Shown one piece after another: positions 11,817-27,703 of a DNA stretch of 64,000 nt. The position numbers and the translations under genes were made by a program. The notes under the pieces were generated by a model. It was given only the letters and a program-made list of their open reading frames with translations. It was not told the DNA's origin and made no database searches. Where the stretch lies: positions 124,001-188,000 of the forward strand of contig JAVECO010000013.1 of NCBI GenBank assembly GCA_051942205.1, written 5' to 3'. This DNA is from Coniocarpon cinnabarinum. Taxonomy: Eukaryota. How positions within the stretch are numbered: position 1 is the stretch's first letter; the number at the start of each line of letters is the position of its first letter.

Positions 11817-14358
11817 TTAGTATCTTGGCGGTGGAGGAGGAGCACCGTAGCCGCCTTGACCTCCGTAACCACCACCACCCCCGGGATAAGGAGGTTGCTG
11901 TGGGTATGGAGGCTGTCCAGGGTGACCTGGAGGCTGCCCATATTGTCCTTGACCTGGAGGCGGCGCTCCATACTGCCCAGGGGCAGGCTGACCATAACCA
12001 CCACCACCAGGTGGGGCACCACCGTAACCCTGTGGCGGACGTGGTGGAGGCGCGCTTCCGCTTGGACGGTAGCTCTTAACCTCATCCTTGGAGTCCTGAA
12101 TTTCTCATTGTCAGCGCTGAAGTAACTATCATCACATTCAGAGGCGCATACATAGGTAGGATCAATTGAGCCCATTAGCAGCTTCACGATCCATAAGTCG
12201 GGTGTAAGATCAACAGGTGGGGTTTGTTGCATCATTTCCTGCAATGAGGTCCATCAGTCAAAACTCTATGGCGCTAACAGCAAATCATCACTTACCTGCT
12301 GTTCATTTTCGAAATTTGAAGTACAGTCGACCATGTTGCCGACGGCCGGATCCACTGGATCGGAAGTCAGCTAAGAAAGATAGGCCTTCACAGATTGATA
12401 GGCCGGCATACCATCAAGTTTTCCGAGAAACTCGCGAGCTTTGATATCGTTGCCGACTTGAGCAAACTGGAAAGCGATGCCATGAGGAGAACCAGTGGCC
12501 TTTTGAACTTCGCCAACAGCATAGCGAACGGCGTCGAAGGCAGCGGTCGGACCAGGATCATCTCCAGCTGGCTGGCCGTCTGCTCGCTGTTAGTCACCAG
12601 ATCTGCGCCATACTTTGGATTTCAAAATTGGCTCCAGCGAGGACGACGCACCTGTGATCGTGATCACAAGAACCGGTTTTCGAAGCTGCCCTTGACGAGC
12701 TGCTCGCAACACTAGGCCATCAATGACTTTCTTCCTCAGCTCCTTGCCCAACGGCGTCAGTCCTGCAAACTTGATGCTACTCATGATTTGCTGAATGGCA
12801 TGTTCAGAGTTGACGTGGTCGCCCATGCCTTCTGGGAGAGTAGTGTTCATGAATCTGATGCTGATGCCGTCGTTATCAAATAGCGTAGCTGCCTGGACGA
12901 CCCGGCTAAGAATGAGCTTGAGATCATCGATTCGCTCGCCATTCTCCTCGAATTGCATCGAACCACTGTCATCAATGTAAAGGATGATGTCGTACAGTCC
13001 GAGTCGAGCAAGATCCCGGCCGACTTCCTGTGGGATGCGCCATTGCTGACATATTTGGTTAACTTTGGCTGGGGCCTGGCTGGCAATCATGTCGACGGCT
13101 TGGGGATTGCGACTGTAGAACGACTGCAAGCCCTTTTCGGCAATGGCCCTGTCGAGCGCCGTTTTGTATGCCTGCGTCTCCTGCGGTCCCCCAGCTTCAC
13201 GTTATGTCAGGAATACAGTCACAGACACGCAAGAAAAGGTAGCATAGCATCAGCGCATACCTGGTGGGCCGCCTGGAGGGGCGCCTCCATACGACTGTTG
13301 CGGGGCTCCATAAGATTGCTGAGGTGGGCCTAATAGGAGAGTGAGTTGTGTGCTCGTCTCCGTGGTAGCCTTGAGCGACTCGAAGTCTGAAGCGCTGTAC
13401 TAACCTCCACCGTATTGGCCACCACCATACTGGCCTGGGGCTTGTCCCTATGCAATTCCATGTCAGTAAACGTTTTCAATATCTACTCAACGCTAAATTG
13501 CATGCTCGACGGACGTAGCTATACTGATTTGCAACTGGCGGTGGTGGGGGTCGCGAATATTGCTGTTGACCATAGGGCTGCTGTTGGCCAGGTGGTGGTG
13601 GCGCCGCTTGGCCGTATGGCTGCTGCTGTCCGTAGGGTGAAGGCTGTTGATATCCTTGCTGGTAGGGCGCCTGCTGATACGGTTGGTTGTATGACGGAGG
13701 AGGGGGGGGTCCAGACATGCCTGGCGGAGGAGGCGGCGGCGGTCGATTGTATCCAGAACTCGGCGGGGCCGGACTCGATGCAGGAGGTGGATAGGAAGGC
13801 ATGTGTAGAGATTGTTGGGAAGGAGGATAGTTTCCGTAAGCTGGTTGCAGCGGCGGCGCACCTTGGCCGAGCTGCTGAAATTTCTTCATGTTGACGCGGT
13901 AGGCTGAGGAAGCGACGATGGCGATGATGCAATCGAGTCAGGCGACCGGATGCGCAGCGCACGACAAAACACTGAAACACGAGAACAGACAACGGAAGCA
14001 GAGAGAGGCTCACCTGGGGATTGTAGGGTTGGTACTGGCCAGGCGGCTGTGCTGGGATTAGTGTGCGTTTGTCCCAAGACGCCAAAACGGAGGGCGTTTG
14101 CAATTGCGTATTGGTGGGCGTGGGGCCTCACTGGAGCTGCTCCACCAGGTCGGGGACCTTGTTGCTGCTGCGGCGGCGGTGGTACTCCGCCATACTGGCC
14201 CGGCGCACCGCCAGCAGGAGGTCCTGCTGCGTTCAATTTGGATGCCAACTGGACAGACGAGGCGTCAGTGTGAGTGTAGGTGGGTGTGCCGGGACTGCGG
14301 CTGGCGTGGGATGTGCAGGCCTGTGAGTGAGGGATGGAGGGGCAGAGCTTACTCCCAT
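11817..14358 (-). CDS. vWA-domain protein with Pro/Gln/Gly/Tyr-rich termini (RfeF-like), multi-exon
   Basis: MIDAS-type IDDSGSM, GLTPLG, KPVLVITIT and DLTPDLWIVKLLMGSID. N-terminus MG|LASKLNAA from a 6-nt first coding exon; C-terminus GYGAPPPPPRY*. Confidence 0.85.
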
Positions 14359-14771
14359 CTTTGGACTGGTTGCTGCTCGGTGTATGTGCAATCAAAGAGG
14401 TTGCCAAAAGGCTTTGGAGAGAGATGAGGGAGCAGCTATATAGAACAGCTGGTCAGCAGTGCATCACGCTCTGCCAAGCCAATGGCGGTTGGCGACTGCT
14501 CCAAACAATGGTGTGATGCTGATGGGGCGCAGTCGTCTCTTCGGAGGCGGTGGGGCAGCTGCATTTCTCACCTTTCAGCCCCCGAAACTTTATCCCTTCT
14601 CCCAAACATCACACACACCACACACCCCGCCGGTTTCCGCTGCCGCCTTGCCGTGCGTTTGATTAGTGCCGCGAGACGAAGACTAGCACAAGAGTCAATC
14701 ATAGAGAAAGATGCAGCCTGACGCTGAGGAATAGACAAGTATATACAAGACCAAACAACATCAAGCGATCC

Positions 14772-16357
14772 CTAATCCCATCTCTTCACCCACTCGCTCA
14801 TCAACCCGGCGCTCTCCTCCACCATCGAGTCGTACTGCGGGTTCTGCTTCGCTTCAAACATGCTCTGATGCGCCTCGATCTCGTTCTTCACCTTGTCGTT
14901 GCGCGCCCGCGACCAGTACGTTTGCCACTCGACCGGTTCCTGTGGCACTCTGCAGAACGTTCGACCACCGGTGAAGGCCGTGTCACCGCCCAGCACCGGC
15001 GCCAGACACGTGTAGAGCACTTTGAATCCCAGCGTCTCTTCTCTTGGTTTGGTCGTCGACTCGGTGTCTTTGGCGACTTCTTCAGGCTGCGTGAGCGCTG
15101 CCATGTCGCCAAATCGCTTCTTGAGCTCTGCATCTCGAGCCAGACATCCCACAAACTCGAGATGACTGCCTGCCCAGTTGAAACTGCCCGCAATTTGGTC
15201 ACGCCCGTAGTATGCTGCGCCCGCTGTGCCCGCCAGCGCAGTAATGCCGGCACCCGCCAACAGCGCTGTTCGTCCCCAGCCTGTTTTCTTCGCCTGGTTC
15301 TCCGCTGCCTTGGCCGCCGCCATCTTTTCCTTCTCCTTGCCACCCAGCCCAAACACGTTGCTCACAGTGCTCCCTGCGGCGAACAGTGTCGAGGCCGAGT
15401 CGTACCATGCTTTGCCTTGCTGGAATTGGTCTTCAGCGTTGTGTTTGACCACGCCGGGCGCAATGCCTAGGAATGGCGTGTCGAACGCGAGTAAGCCCAG
15501 AAATCTGGGGAACAGCTTGCCCTTCACATTGACGTTGGCATCTTCCTGAGCTTGCTTTCGCGCCGCAGTCTCCTCCTTCACTTCTTCCTGTGCTTCGTCC
15601 GTCGTCTGCGTTGCATCGCCTCCTTCTTTCCCTTCGTCCATGGGCGCCTCCTCGGGCACAGGGATCTGTGCTGCTTCTTCCACGGGCACTGCATGCTCAA
15701 AACTCGTCGGGACGTTCACAGTGTCGTATTCCTGTTTGGGGTCGCTCGCTTCGACCTGGAAGCATTCGCGAGCAGTACCCAAGATGGCCTCGGCACCGAC
15801 AATGCCTCCCATGCTGTGTCCCACGATGATCACACCCACGTGGGGATCAACCGTCGGAGACGTGGTGCCTCTTGCAATTTCGGCATCGATCACCTTTTCT
15901 AGCAGCCTGGGTGCGCACACATTAGCTACTGGAGCTTTTCTTGGCGACTGAGATTCCCATTGCGGATGAGAAGGCGCTTTGATATATTCAGAGATCTAGT
16001 GGTGGAATGTGAAATGTGACAGAACAGCGGAAGTCGAGATCGCGTCCCTCATCCGCGCTCTTGTGTAGGACAGACCAAGTAGAGTACCATAAAAGCTCGT
16101 CGAGGAACATGCGGGTAGAATGGCTTTGTGAAAGAAGAATCGACTTACCACGCGCGAAACCTCTCAACGGTAGCTACAAGGCTGCCCTTGGTTTCAAAAG
16201 CTGGATAGACCATCGGCAGTACATCAACATCGCCACCAAGTTGCGCCTTCAGCGCATGTGAGATCCCGGTCGGAAATCTTGCAAACGTCCCATCGCCGCC
16301 TTTGAATCCATGGATGAAGATGAGCAGAATCGCCTTGTTTGACTTTTCGTCGGCCAT
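14772..16357 (-). CDS. Alpha/beta-hydrolase, DUF676-like putative lipase/serine esterase (2 exons)
   Basis: IFIHGFKGG oxyanion motif, GHSMGG nucleophile elbow, AFDTPFLG and C-terminal EIEAHQSMF. An intron of about 240 nt (GTAAGT near 16148 to CAG near 15908) joins ORFs 16145-16357 and 14772-15920. Confidence 0.88.
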
Positions 16358-16966
16358 GTTGCATGCTGCTGTTCACGTGCAGGACACAGCCCGGTGAGAG
16401 CGGAGGCAACGTTTTGTTGATGGCAGGGCAATTAAGGACGTCGCATGTTTCAATATGTGAACGCGTCTTCGACGTGAATGTTCTTCTATAGCTTTCCAAT
16501 CTAAGCCGACGGTGATATAGCATTCAAGATGTTGCGAGGAGTCTACTTTGGGTTTATGAATCTGTATGGTTTGCCGAGGCGGCAAGAGGCGAAACGTGTC
16601 CAGAACCACTAAACACGCAAGGCCAGCTCAGAAGCTTCAAACTGCGCAGCGATGCAAGTCATATTTCAACAAAAGAATTTGAGAGGACATAGACAGTCAC
16701 GCAGGGCAGAATGCTATTCGGGGGATCAAGGCGTGTCTGATTTAGTTTCCAATGTTCATAATCTTCCATTCACAAGGTCATCTCTAGTACTAATATTGGT
16801 CAACTGGGTCTTTGCACCTCAGCGCATGATAATGTGCACCTCGATACCATTGAAGCGCCGCATTCTGGTGGTCACACTCCTGTCTCACGTCTGTGCTCAT
16901 TTGACCCTGTGACGGCATCTTGTGTGCAGGCTCCCACGCCACATTTAAACGCCACCTTGCCCATCT

Positions 16967-17609
16967 TCAAATGTCGTCAACATCGATTTCGTCACTCTCA
17001 TCGCGGTCTTCGTCGAACTCAAAGCCGATGCCACCCTCGCCCTCTTCATGTCCATACGTATCGGTTTCGTTGATCTTGGCGTCGGTGGGCAGCTCTCCGT
17101 ATGACTTCAAACTTCTGGCTTCATCTGCACTGTATTTGAGAAGAACATCGCCTTTTTCATCTTGGTAGTCGCGCAGCGATAGCAGGATGATGTCGCCCTG
17201 GTTGATCCAAACTTTCTTTCGTAGCTTGCCGCGGATATGTGCGAGTCGTTTTTGGCCATCAAAGCACTGTGCTTCTAAACGGCCGTTGCCGAGCATCTTG
17301 ATAACTTGTGCGTATTCTAAAGGCAAGAGCATCAGTTAAAGCATCCTTGTGTATTATGCGACATCACATCCACCCCAGGATGGGCTCGGATGTGCTCGCC
17401 GCAAGACTTTTACGAACCTTGACCTTCCTCTTTGAATGTCAATTCTCGCTTCACGTCGTCATTTTCGTTCTTCCCACGCCTTCGATTTTTACCACCCTAC
17501 GTTGACATCAGCGATAGCTTCAACGGTTGGACAACTGCATGTCTTTGAATTTTGGAGGTTATGAAGGAGTGGCTGTGATCTAACGTACTTTCCCCTTGTT
17601 CTTAGGCAT
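16967..17609 (-). CDS. TIF11: Translation initiation factor eIF1A (3 exons)
   Basis: [20 protein letters not shown]...[21 protein letters not shown]...[25 protein letters not shown] and acidic tail EIDVDDI. Confidence 0.97.
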
Positions 17610-18053
17610 TTCCGCTCACGACTAGAGTCTGCGCTGTCGGGATCTTTTCAAGCAGAACAGCGCGCTCGGGTGTGTGCAGAAATTGCAAACTTGATGTGGA
17701 GAAAAAAGTAGAAGTTCCAAGACCAAAAGGTGGCTCAAGACTGGTGGGGCGATGTTGAGGCCTTAGCGCATGAGTCATGAATTGCACGTGACTTCTGGTC
17801 TGCAAGTCGCCATAATGTTATCAAGCGAAGCGCTTGCGATTGTAGGCAAAGTGTATCAATTGTTTCACAGGTAACATAATATCATAAAACCTCCCTCGCT
17901 GACTACGAAGAAAGCAAAAGCCAATGTCTCTTGGGTATCATCTATGCATGTGCCAAACTCCCTAGACTGGGATTCCTTCCATTTTCCCTTGTCGTTCTTC
18001 ATTGAAGCGTGGAGTCACTTTCAGTCAGACGAGAAATGCCAGAATGCGGATAT

Positions 18054-20811
18054 TCAAGCAGTAGCGGCAACTGCGGCCGGGTTCTTTCTCTTAGCGGCTT
18101 TTCTTGCTAGAAAGTCCGTAAGTAAACCATCGAGTTGTGACGACATCTCGTCCAGTCTCTTCTGATGCTGATCAAAGTTATACTGCTTCATGATGGGATG
18201 ATCATTCGAGACGGGCTTCACGTCGTTCGTATCGTATACTCTCAGGAGTAACTCGCGAACATCGTTTGCTTGATCGTGCTCAAGGTAACGATGCAAGGAA
18301 GCGTCATTCCACTCCGGTTCAGATTCTGACTCCGTGCGGGCCTTGGAATCTGGAGTCGTTGAGGTAGCAGCTGTGGACAATTTGGGCTCATCAGAGGTAG
18401 TCTCAGGTGTGTGAAGTGATTGAGTGCTCTCGGTGGGTGTCGATGGAGATACTGGAGAATCAGAGTGCATGTGCTTGGTCTGGTCATGAATCGGTTCATA
18501 GCGCTCGACTCGGCTGTCAATGGGTGAGATGGCTTCGCGGTTCGACATATCTTGCCGTGGGGCACCAGGTGCAAGACTAGGTGGTTGACCAGAAGCTGGA
18601 CCCTGCGTGTGACTTGTCGACGTTTCTGCTGGCTCTGGTGAAGAATCCACATCGAGCTCAATTCGCTGTTTCGCCTTCTTCAATTTCTCCTTTTTTGGTT
18701 CGTTTGGATCACGAATAAGACCAGACAAAGGTGAAAAGATGCCGCCGTCACGCGAATCTTGCTCTTCTCTTGGTGGTGTCTCTGCTGTCATTTGCTGATT
18801 CACATGTGCAGGATTGCCTGGAGTTTGTATCCTCAAAGGCTGGCGACCGGACTGATTTGACGGCTGTTCTGTCACACTGCGCACAGTGGATGCCGGATCA
18901 GATGTAGGGGGTGCATTCGTGGGTTGTGGAGCTCGTGCCAACCCATTCGAAGGACTGGAGAGTCCGCTGGTGGGCGCTGATGTGATGTTGTTCGAAGAAA
19001 TTGCTGGTTGCGCAGATGTAGGAGGTGCTTTAGTGAGCTTTCCGCCAGAATGCGAAGGTCGGCGTGAAGTTTGCGGGGAGACCTCCTTGGGCGAAGTGAT
19101 GCTTGACTCTGTCGGTGAAGACGAAGCAGCTGAAGCGATGAGGCCCTCAAGATCACTTTGCGAAGTTCGCACGGTTCCACCAGCTGCTTCGTCGACCTTG
19201 ATCTTCTTCTCCTTGCGTTTGAAGAGACCGCTAAGCATGCCTGACTTTTCCTTCTTTTTCTTCTTTTCTTCTTTGAACTTGTCAGAAGTGGGGCTTGTTT
19301 TGTCTATGTTGTCAAACACATCTGACACAGGTGATGCAATCTTGTCTTTGGAGTCACTTGATCGGGGAGAAGTCAAACTACTCTGATCGCCGTCCCTTAG
19401 TAGAGAGGGTGTGAGTGACAACTTCTTGGGCTCTGCAGTTTCATCTTTGAAGAAAGAGTCTGTGTTGCGAAGCGTGCCATTGCGCGATCGTCTTGAGTTG
19501 GCATCAGAGTCATCACTTGGCCGCTCGGCGTCTGACGCCAGGTTCATGTCTGCAAGAGCGGGCGTAGCATTAGGGGCAGCGTTTTGCACCGCAATCTGAG
19601 CTGCATTTTCTTCCTGCTGTTGAGCAAGGACCGCCCTCTCGTGAGCTGTTGCAGGCTTGTGCTCCTCACTTTGGTGTGACTGAAGATTTTCCCGTACACC
19701 GAGATCAAAGTCACCCGAGTTACCTTCCTCTTCATCAGACCAGTCGATCTCAGCTGGATCGTAATACGTGGGAGTTGTGAATTGCACCATCTTTGCATTG
19801 CGTCGCTTTATGGCCTGCTTGAACATGTTCTTGGGCTTTGGATCATTATCTCCTAGATGCTCGCGCGACAGCTGCACTTCAGTCAGCGATTGACACGACC
19901 CAACATCGAGGGCCGATACTTACATCTGCGTTTCTATGTTTATTCAGCCGAGCCAGTCGCTCCGTTGGTGTTTCGATATGCTCCGCAGGGAGATAACCTC
20001 CACGTCTTCAGTACGTGCACCAGGCAAGCTTTCAGAATCCACTCACCAATGCTGCTATCCTTCATGACACGGACAAGCCACCAGTAGCTATTGCTATCAT
20101 CTAACAACTGCATTGTGTCGCCTTTGCTGGCATTGGCTTGACCTTCAACCGTAGCCACGAAAGTGTGGAGGGCGTAGACGAATTCGAAATCGATGTCCTC
20201 TGTGACTTATCAGTAAGTGAAAAGAAGTCATAGAAGCGGGTGCAAGTCCATGTTGAAGCACGGAATTTTTGGATTATATCTTGAGAGCCGTTATGGAAAG
20301 GATAAGGTGGGTGGGGGTGAAGGAATAGCGTCAAGCATACCATCGTCTATTGAAGGTGAGCTGGATATCTTGTCTACCATGTCGTCGTCACCAGTGTCCT
20401 CATCCGCATCGGTCATATCGGAGTCCTCGGAAGAGCGTCCGACTTGGTGCATGCCATGTTCGTCGGCGTGAGCGTTTCCAGGATCAGAGAAGATGTCTGG
20501 ATCTTCTTCGAGGAGCTCGGAGCCTTCATGACTACTGCGACCGGACCCCCATTGGTCAGCGAGGTAGTCTTGCTCTGCAGCACGCTCTTCTTGCGCATGT
20601 CGTAAAGACGCATTTTGATGTGGAGCGGGTGGGCCTTGTCCAAGAGGTGCAGGATGCGCGGGCTGCTGTTTGTGGTCTTGGGCAGAAGGTGCATCAGGAT
20701 TTTGGAGGTCGAGGGTGTCTATCCCAAACCAAAGTGTCAGTCACAGTGCTAGGTCGAGTCTATCAAGACACATTAAAACGCACCCGCGCGCACTAGATTC
20801 GGTCGCGACAT
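18054..20811 (-). CDS. SH3-domain polarity / PP1-regulatory protein (Tea4/Bud14/TeaC-like), multi-exon
   Basis: SH3 domain DFEFVYALHTFVATVEGQANASKGD...DSNSYWWLVRV...GYLPAEHIETPTERLARLNKHRN; RVxF-like KMVQF; N-terminus MSRPNLVRADTLDLQ; C-terminal WNDASL...LD helical domain. Confidence 0.85.
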
Positions 20812-21819
20812 GACACTGCGGTCTTCAATTTGCAAAGCCCCGTCGTATACCCACTATTAAACACGTTGAAGGGAGCGGCGGTGCAAGCCTGCGACCGAGA
20901 CAATAGAGCAGTGGCTGGAGATTCCGCAGAGCGTATGGACATGTAGACTGTGTCTTAAGGAGAGGAGCGACTCGTGTGAACCACAGTTCGCAGGATGCTG
21001 TGCGAGATATTGCGACAACAAAGGACGTAAAGACAGGAGGCTCGGCCTAGTCGTGTGACGGATTGAGGACGGCTTTGCCGCAGAGAGTGGTCTGGGGAGG
21101 GCGCCAGGCCAGACAGGCTGAAAGAGCAAGAGAGCGTGGAAGATGAAGACTACAAAGAATGCATGATTAGTATGCTGGCTCAAGGTTCGAGCTGGTGAAT
21201 GAAGATGCAGCAGCCTGGCAGCGACAATGAGAGGGGAAGGGAGGTGGTGGTGGTAGTCTTGGTGATTTGAGGGTGGCCGGGCAGAACGCTGCAACTTTTT
21301 GGGTGTTGCCGCGTTTCTGCTGCGCATTCATCTGGTGTTCCTTGCTGCGCCCCCGTCTGATTCGTCGCCCTACCCGCGCCCCCCGCCCACCAATCACAGC
21401 GCTGGGGGCAGCAGTGATACTCGAAGCGGAGCCGGATGCCGCCTCGGGTTAGCACCATCGCCAGCGGCAGTAGTATGAACACATTGTTCGTTCCACTGTG
21501 CAACACGCAAATGTCAGATCTTGATTTATTAGCCGGATGCATGTACTTGCTACCTGGTCGTCCACACCTACTTATGAACCCTTGCATTGAACGCCCTGCT
21601 TGCCCAGACCTCTCGACGCAGGGCGCGGAGGAGGGGTAGCCACCACCCTCCCAATCGAGCTGCCCTTCCGTGTAATTATCGCCTATAATCCCCGTCGCTT
21701 CCAGCCTACTTCCTACACATAACATGAGCTGCCGGCCGTCGCACTTCGTCTGGCCTCTCGAGCCCTCATGACCTTCTCGAGACTCGGATCGCTTGTCACC
21801 ACCAATCTAACGATCGCAC

Positions 21820-23760
21820 ATGGCGTCGACGGAAGCCCAACGCAATTTCCAGAAGCTCAAACTCGACACCAGTGGCTGGCATGTACCGCCACGTCCAGAT
21901 GATGTCGATGCCCCGGGTATTCCGGTGCCTGCGTCGCAAGTGCTTGGCAGGACTGGGCAGCGTGATCGCCAGACCCACGTAGCCATTCCGGAGGAGATAG
22001 AAGAGGAGCATCCGCTTGTTTTAGACAACAGCCAGTCGGGGACTCTGTCTGTGCCCAATGATGAGTTGCATCATGTGCAAGATGATGTCGCGCGGGAGAG
22101 AGACAAGCCAATAAATCAGCAGCATACGATCGAGAAGCGTTCTTCTAGACGGCGTGGTGGCGGGAGATCCATGATGCAAGAGCTTGCGCAAAGTTATGCC
22201 CAAACGAACAAGACATCCACAGACCCGGGTTCTATACGAGATGGATTGATGAATGGAAACGATACCAACGGTGAGAATGGAATCGACGACGCTAATGGCG
22301 CGCCCGACGACAGCCCACCCGAGTTCCGCAGGGGAGAGTTACGTTGGCCACTACTTCAAGAAACAACCGACGAACTGGCGGACGAAGGCAGGATAGACAA
22401 GGAGATGGCCTTCACCCCAGGATCCGTCATCTCGCCCAATCTCGAAGGATCGCGAACGCCAGGGTACTTTTTCTTCGGCGAACACAGTGTATCCCCTAGT
22501 ATCGCCTCGTCACCCGTTCAGCCTTTCCCATCTCTCAGCGGATCTACGGCCCTCACAAGCCCCAAGACTCGCAGCTCGTCGCGCAAGGATACTCTCGAAA
22601 GGCCCATCCCCGTACGTCGTGAGAGCCGTCGCAGTTCTGCGAAGTCGTCGCTCGCGAAGTCACCTGCAAGTTCATTCTTGTCGCAGTTTGTGAAAGCGAA
22701 CGCAACAACAGAGCCTGATGAAGATGGTCAGACTATCGGTGACTTTGGCGAGTATGTCATTGGTCGTCAAATTGGCTATGGCGGCTTCAGCACGATCAAG
22801 GAAGTGTATAGCCTTGAAAATCAGACACAAGTGATGCGTGCTGTCAAGATCGTGCGAAAGCAAGTCAATGACAAAAAGGAAGATGAGAACGAGAGACTGC
22901 AGAGCGACTTTAGTAACGAGGTCTCTATCTGGCGACTGCTCCGACATGAGAACCTGCTGCCCTTGGTTGCCGTGTTCTCAAATCCGTTCGCAACCTTCTG
23001 CATCATGGAGATGAACACCGGTGGTACTCTTTTCGACCTTGTGAGGAGCAATCGCCGCCGAGGATCTTCCACATTCTCTCCACGTGCAATACATGCGGCA
23101 GACGCGTCGATGGGACATGACAGTATGATCGATGGACCAGGTATCCCGTTGGATCTGGCTCGTCATTATTTGCGACAACTTGCGTCAGCCTTGCGCTATC
23201 TTCATCAGGACATGCACATTGTCCATCGAGATGTCAAGTTGGAGAACTGTCTTGTGAGCTCGCAATCCCTTGATCTTAGTCGAGACCCTAGTATGAAGGT
23301 TCGTCTTTGCGACTTCGGAATGGCAGACTTTATCACTGCGGACGGTCGCGAAGAGCCTGTTTTCGACACGACCTACTTGGGTCAAATGCATCAGCCTGAG
23401 GCCAATGGGAGCCCTCACATCATCGGCCCATCAGACCTCAGTACGAACATCGCAGGCAGTCTCGAGTATGCGAGTCCAGAGCTTATTCATGCCAGCAAGC
23501 CTCTATTCAACCCTTGTATTGATATCTGGGCACTTGGAATTCTGGCCCACGCTCTCTTCACGGCAGACTTGCCTTTCAGGCATTCACTCCCAGAGAGAGT
23601 CCAGATGATGATTATGAACGGCTTGTGGGACAGAAGGCCACTATCAGAGGCCTGCGGACCAGGATCACCAGGCTACGAGTTTGTTGAGAGATGCCTTGAA
23701 ATGGATGCAAGCAAGAGATGGGACATTCAGAAAATTGTGGATTGCAAGTTTCTGACCTGA
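21820..23760 (+). CDS. Ser/Thr protein kinase, Nnk1-like (CAMK-related), single exon
   Basis: IGYGGFS, AVKIV, HRDVKLEN, LCDFG, GSLEYASPE and DIWALG motifs after a long disordered N-terminus. The subfamily assignment is from recall. Confidence 0.9.
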   Translation: MASTEAQRNFQKLKLDTSGWHVPPRPDDVDAPGIPVPASQVLGRTGQRDRQTHVAIPEEIEEEHPLVLDNSQSGTLSVPNDELHHVQDDVARERDKPINQQHTIEKRSSRRRGGGRSMMQELAQSYAQTNKTSTDPGSIRDGLMNGNDTNGENGIDDANGAPDDSPPEFRRGELRWPLLQETTDELADEGRIDKEMAFTPGSVISPNLEGSRTPGYFFFGEHSVSPSIASSPVQPFPSLSGSTALTSPKTRSSSRKDTLERPIPVRRESRRSSAKSSLAKSPASSFLSQFVKANATTEPDEDGQTIGDFGEYVIGRQIGYGGFSTIKEVYSLENQTQVMRAVKIVRKQVNDKKEDENERLQSDFSNEVSIWRLLRHENLLPLVAVFSNPFATFCIMEMNTGGTLFDLVRSNRRRGSSTFSPRAIHAADASMGHDSMIDGPGIPLDLARHYLRQLASALRYLHQDMHIVHRDVKLENCLVSSQSLDLSRDPSMKVRLCDFGMADFITADGREEPVFDTTYLGQMHQPEANGSPHIIGPSDLSTNIAGSLEYASPELIHASKPLFNPCIDIWALGILAHALFTADLPFRHSLPERVQMMIMNGLWDRRPLSEACGPGSPGYEFVERCLEMDASKRWDIQKIVDCKFLT

Positions 23761-24360
23761 AGCTGTGGCATTATTATTATTATTTGAGCGGTGAGCATTG
23801 GCGTCGGCACTATTTGCACTGTTTATCTAGCTTGATACCCACGAAGTTGTCATTAGGGCGCCTGGGACGGGAGTACTGGTCTGCATGGAGGTGTGTATTA
23901 GGATCTCCTTTGCCGTTCTATATTTAGGCGGCGGCAAGACGCTTTGTAGTTATAGTATTCCATTACGAGACAATTCATACATTGATCAAATTGCTTTGTC
24001 CCCTCGAGCCCCATCCACAGCGATTTTCGTCTGCGCATTGAGTACTGAGGAGCTCCTTCACTGTGCGGCTGTGCGGTCCAACAAGGCCGTAAATATTCGA
24101 TTAGATTCGATATCGGTGACTAAAGAGCACTAATCCCAAAGTGGACAAGACTGCCCGTGCCTGTTACGTTGATGATCGTTGCCTCAGCATCTTTTTCTTC
24201 GGAGCACCTCTGCTGCGCTGTTCACTCCTCGTACTCTTTCCGTCTTCACCTTACTCGACTGCGAAATACCTGTGGCTGCTGTTCTTGCCGCTCTTTATAA
24301 CGAGTGCAAGTCAGAAGTCTCACCAGAACTTCAAACCTCTGCATCTACATACAACTCTAG

Positions 24361-26868
<2,508 letters not shown>

Positions 26869-27670
26869 GCACCCACCTGCTCATGATGGGTAGTACTGCA
26901 GCGGAAGAATGGAGTGAAGCAGATTGATGGATATAGACATCGTACTGGCGTTGAGTGGCATAATTTCAGCTGCTGAGGCTGAGGCGTAGTCTCATGCGGC
27001 TTCTGTCGCTAGATTTACAATGCATTTTCCTTAATCTGACAGCTCTTCTAGTCTTCAGCGTCTCGACTTACAGTCTTGTGCCCGCCTGCTCGGAGCATTT
27101 ATCTGTTCATCTGCCGTTGTGAAGCAGTTTTGAGTGACGTGGCATCACGCGTCGGTTCACCATTTGTGACTACACACACCTTTACTTGCAGTAACCTGCT
27201 TTATCCAATCTTTGGTTCGTCTCCCTGCCCCATCAAGCTTTTCTTCATGAGACAAGACCATTTCCTAACTTTTCAATCCGCTGATAGACGGGTATCATTT
27301 GGAAGGAACACGGAGGGCTCGGGGGCTCACTTACGTAGGCACAGGAAATAGCTTCATACTTCTTGACGCTCGCCAGATGGGCAATGTGCACACCGCCTTT
27401 CTGACTGATTGGTTGTGGGCCCCGTCGGGAGATCTTCTCGTTGCACGTATGAGTGGGAAGGGTGAGTGGGACGGATCTGATGGGGAATTATGGAAGCAAA
27501 TGAAAAGCAAATGAAGGTCGTGGACTTGAAGCCGGACACCGAGTTCTATACAGACTTCGTACCGAACGCATGCTCAAGCTTACGGTCAAAAGCATAGAGT
27601 CAAATTGAAGAGGTTGTACTCAGGCGTGTCTTCCGTCGATGTTTTCTCAAGTGCATGACACGTTATCAAG

Positions 27671-27703
27671 CGAAACTTCAATTCTCGAAACTTCAATTCG
27701 AAA
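27671..27703. promoter_or_regulatory. 14-bp direct repeat forming a heat-shock-element-like array
   Basis: CGAAACTTCAATTC occurs twice and the junction gives TTCtcGAAacTTC (three alternating nGAAn units). Confidence 0.3.
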
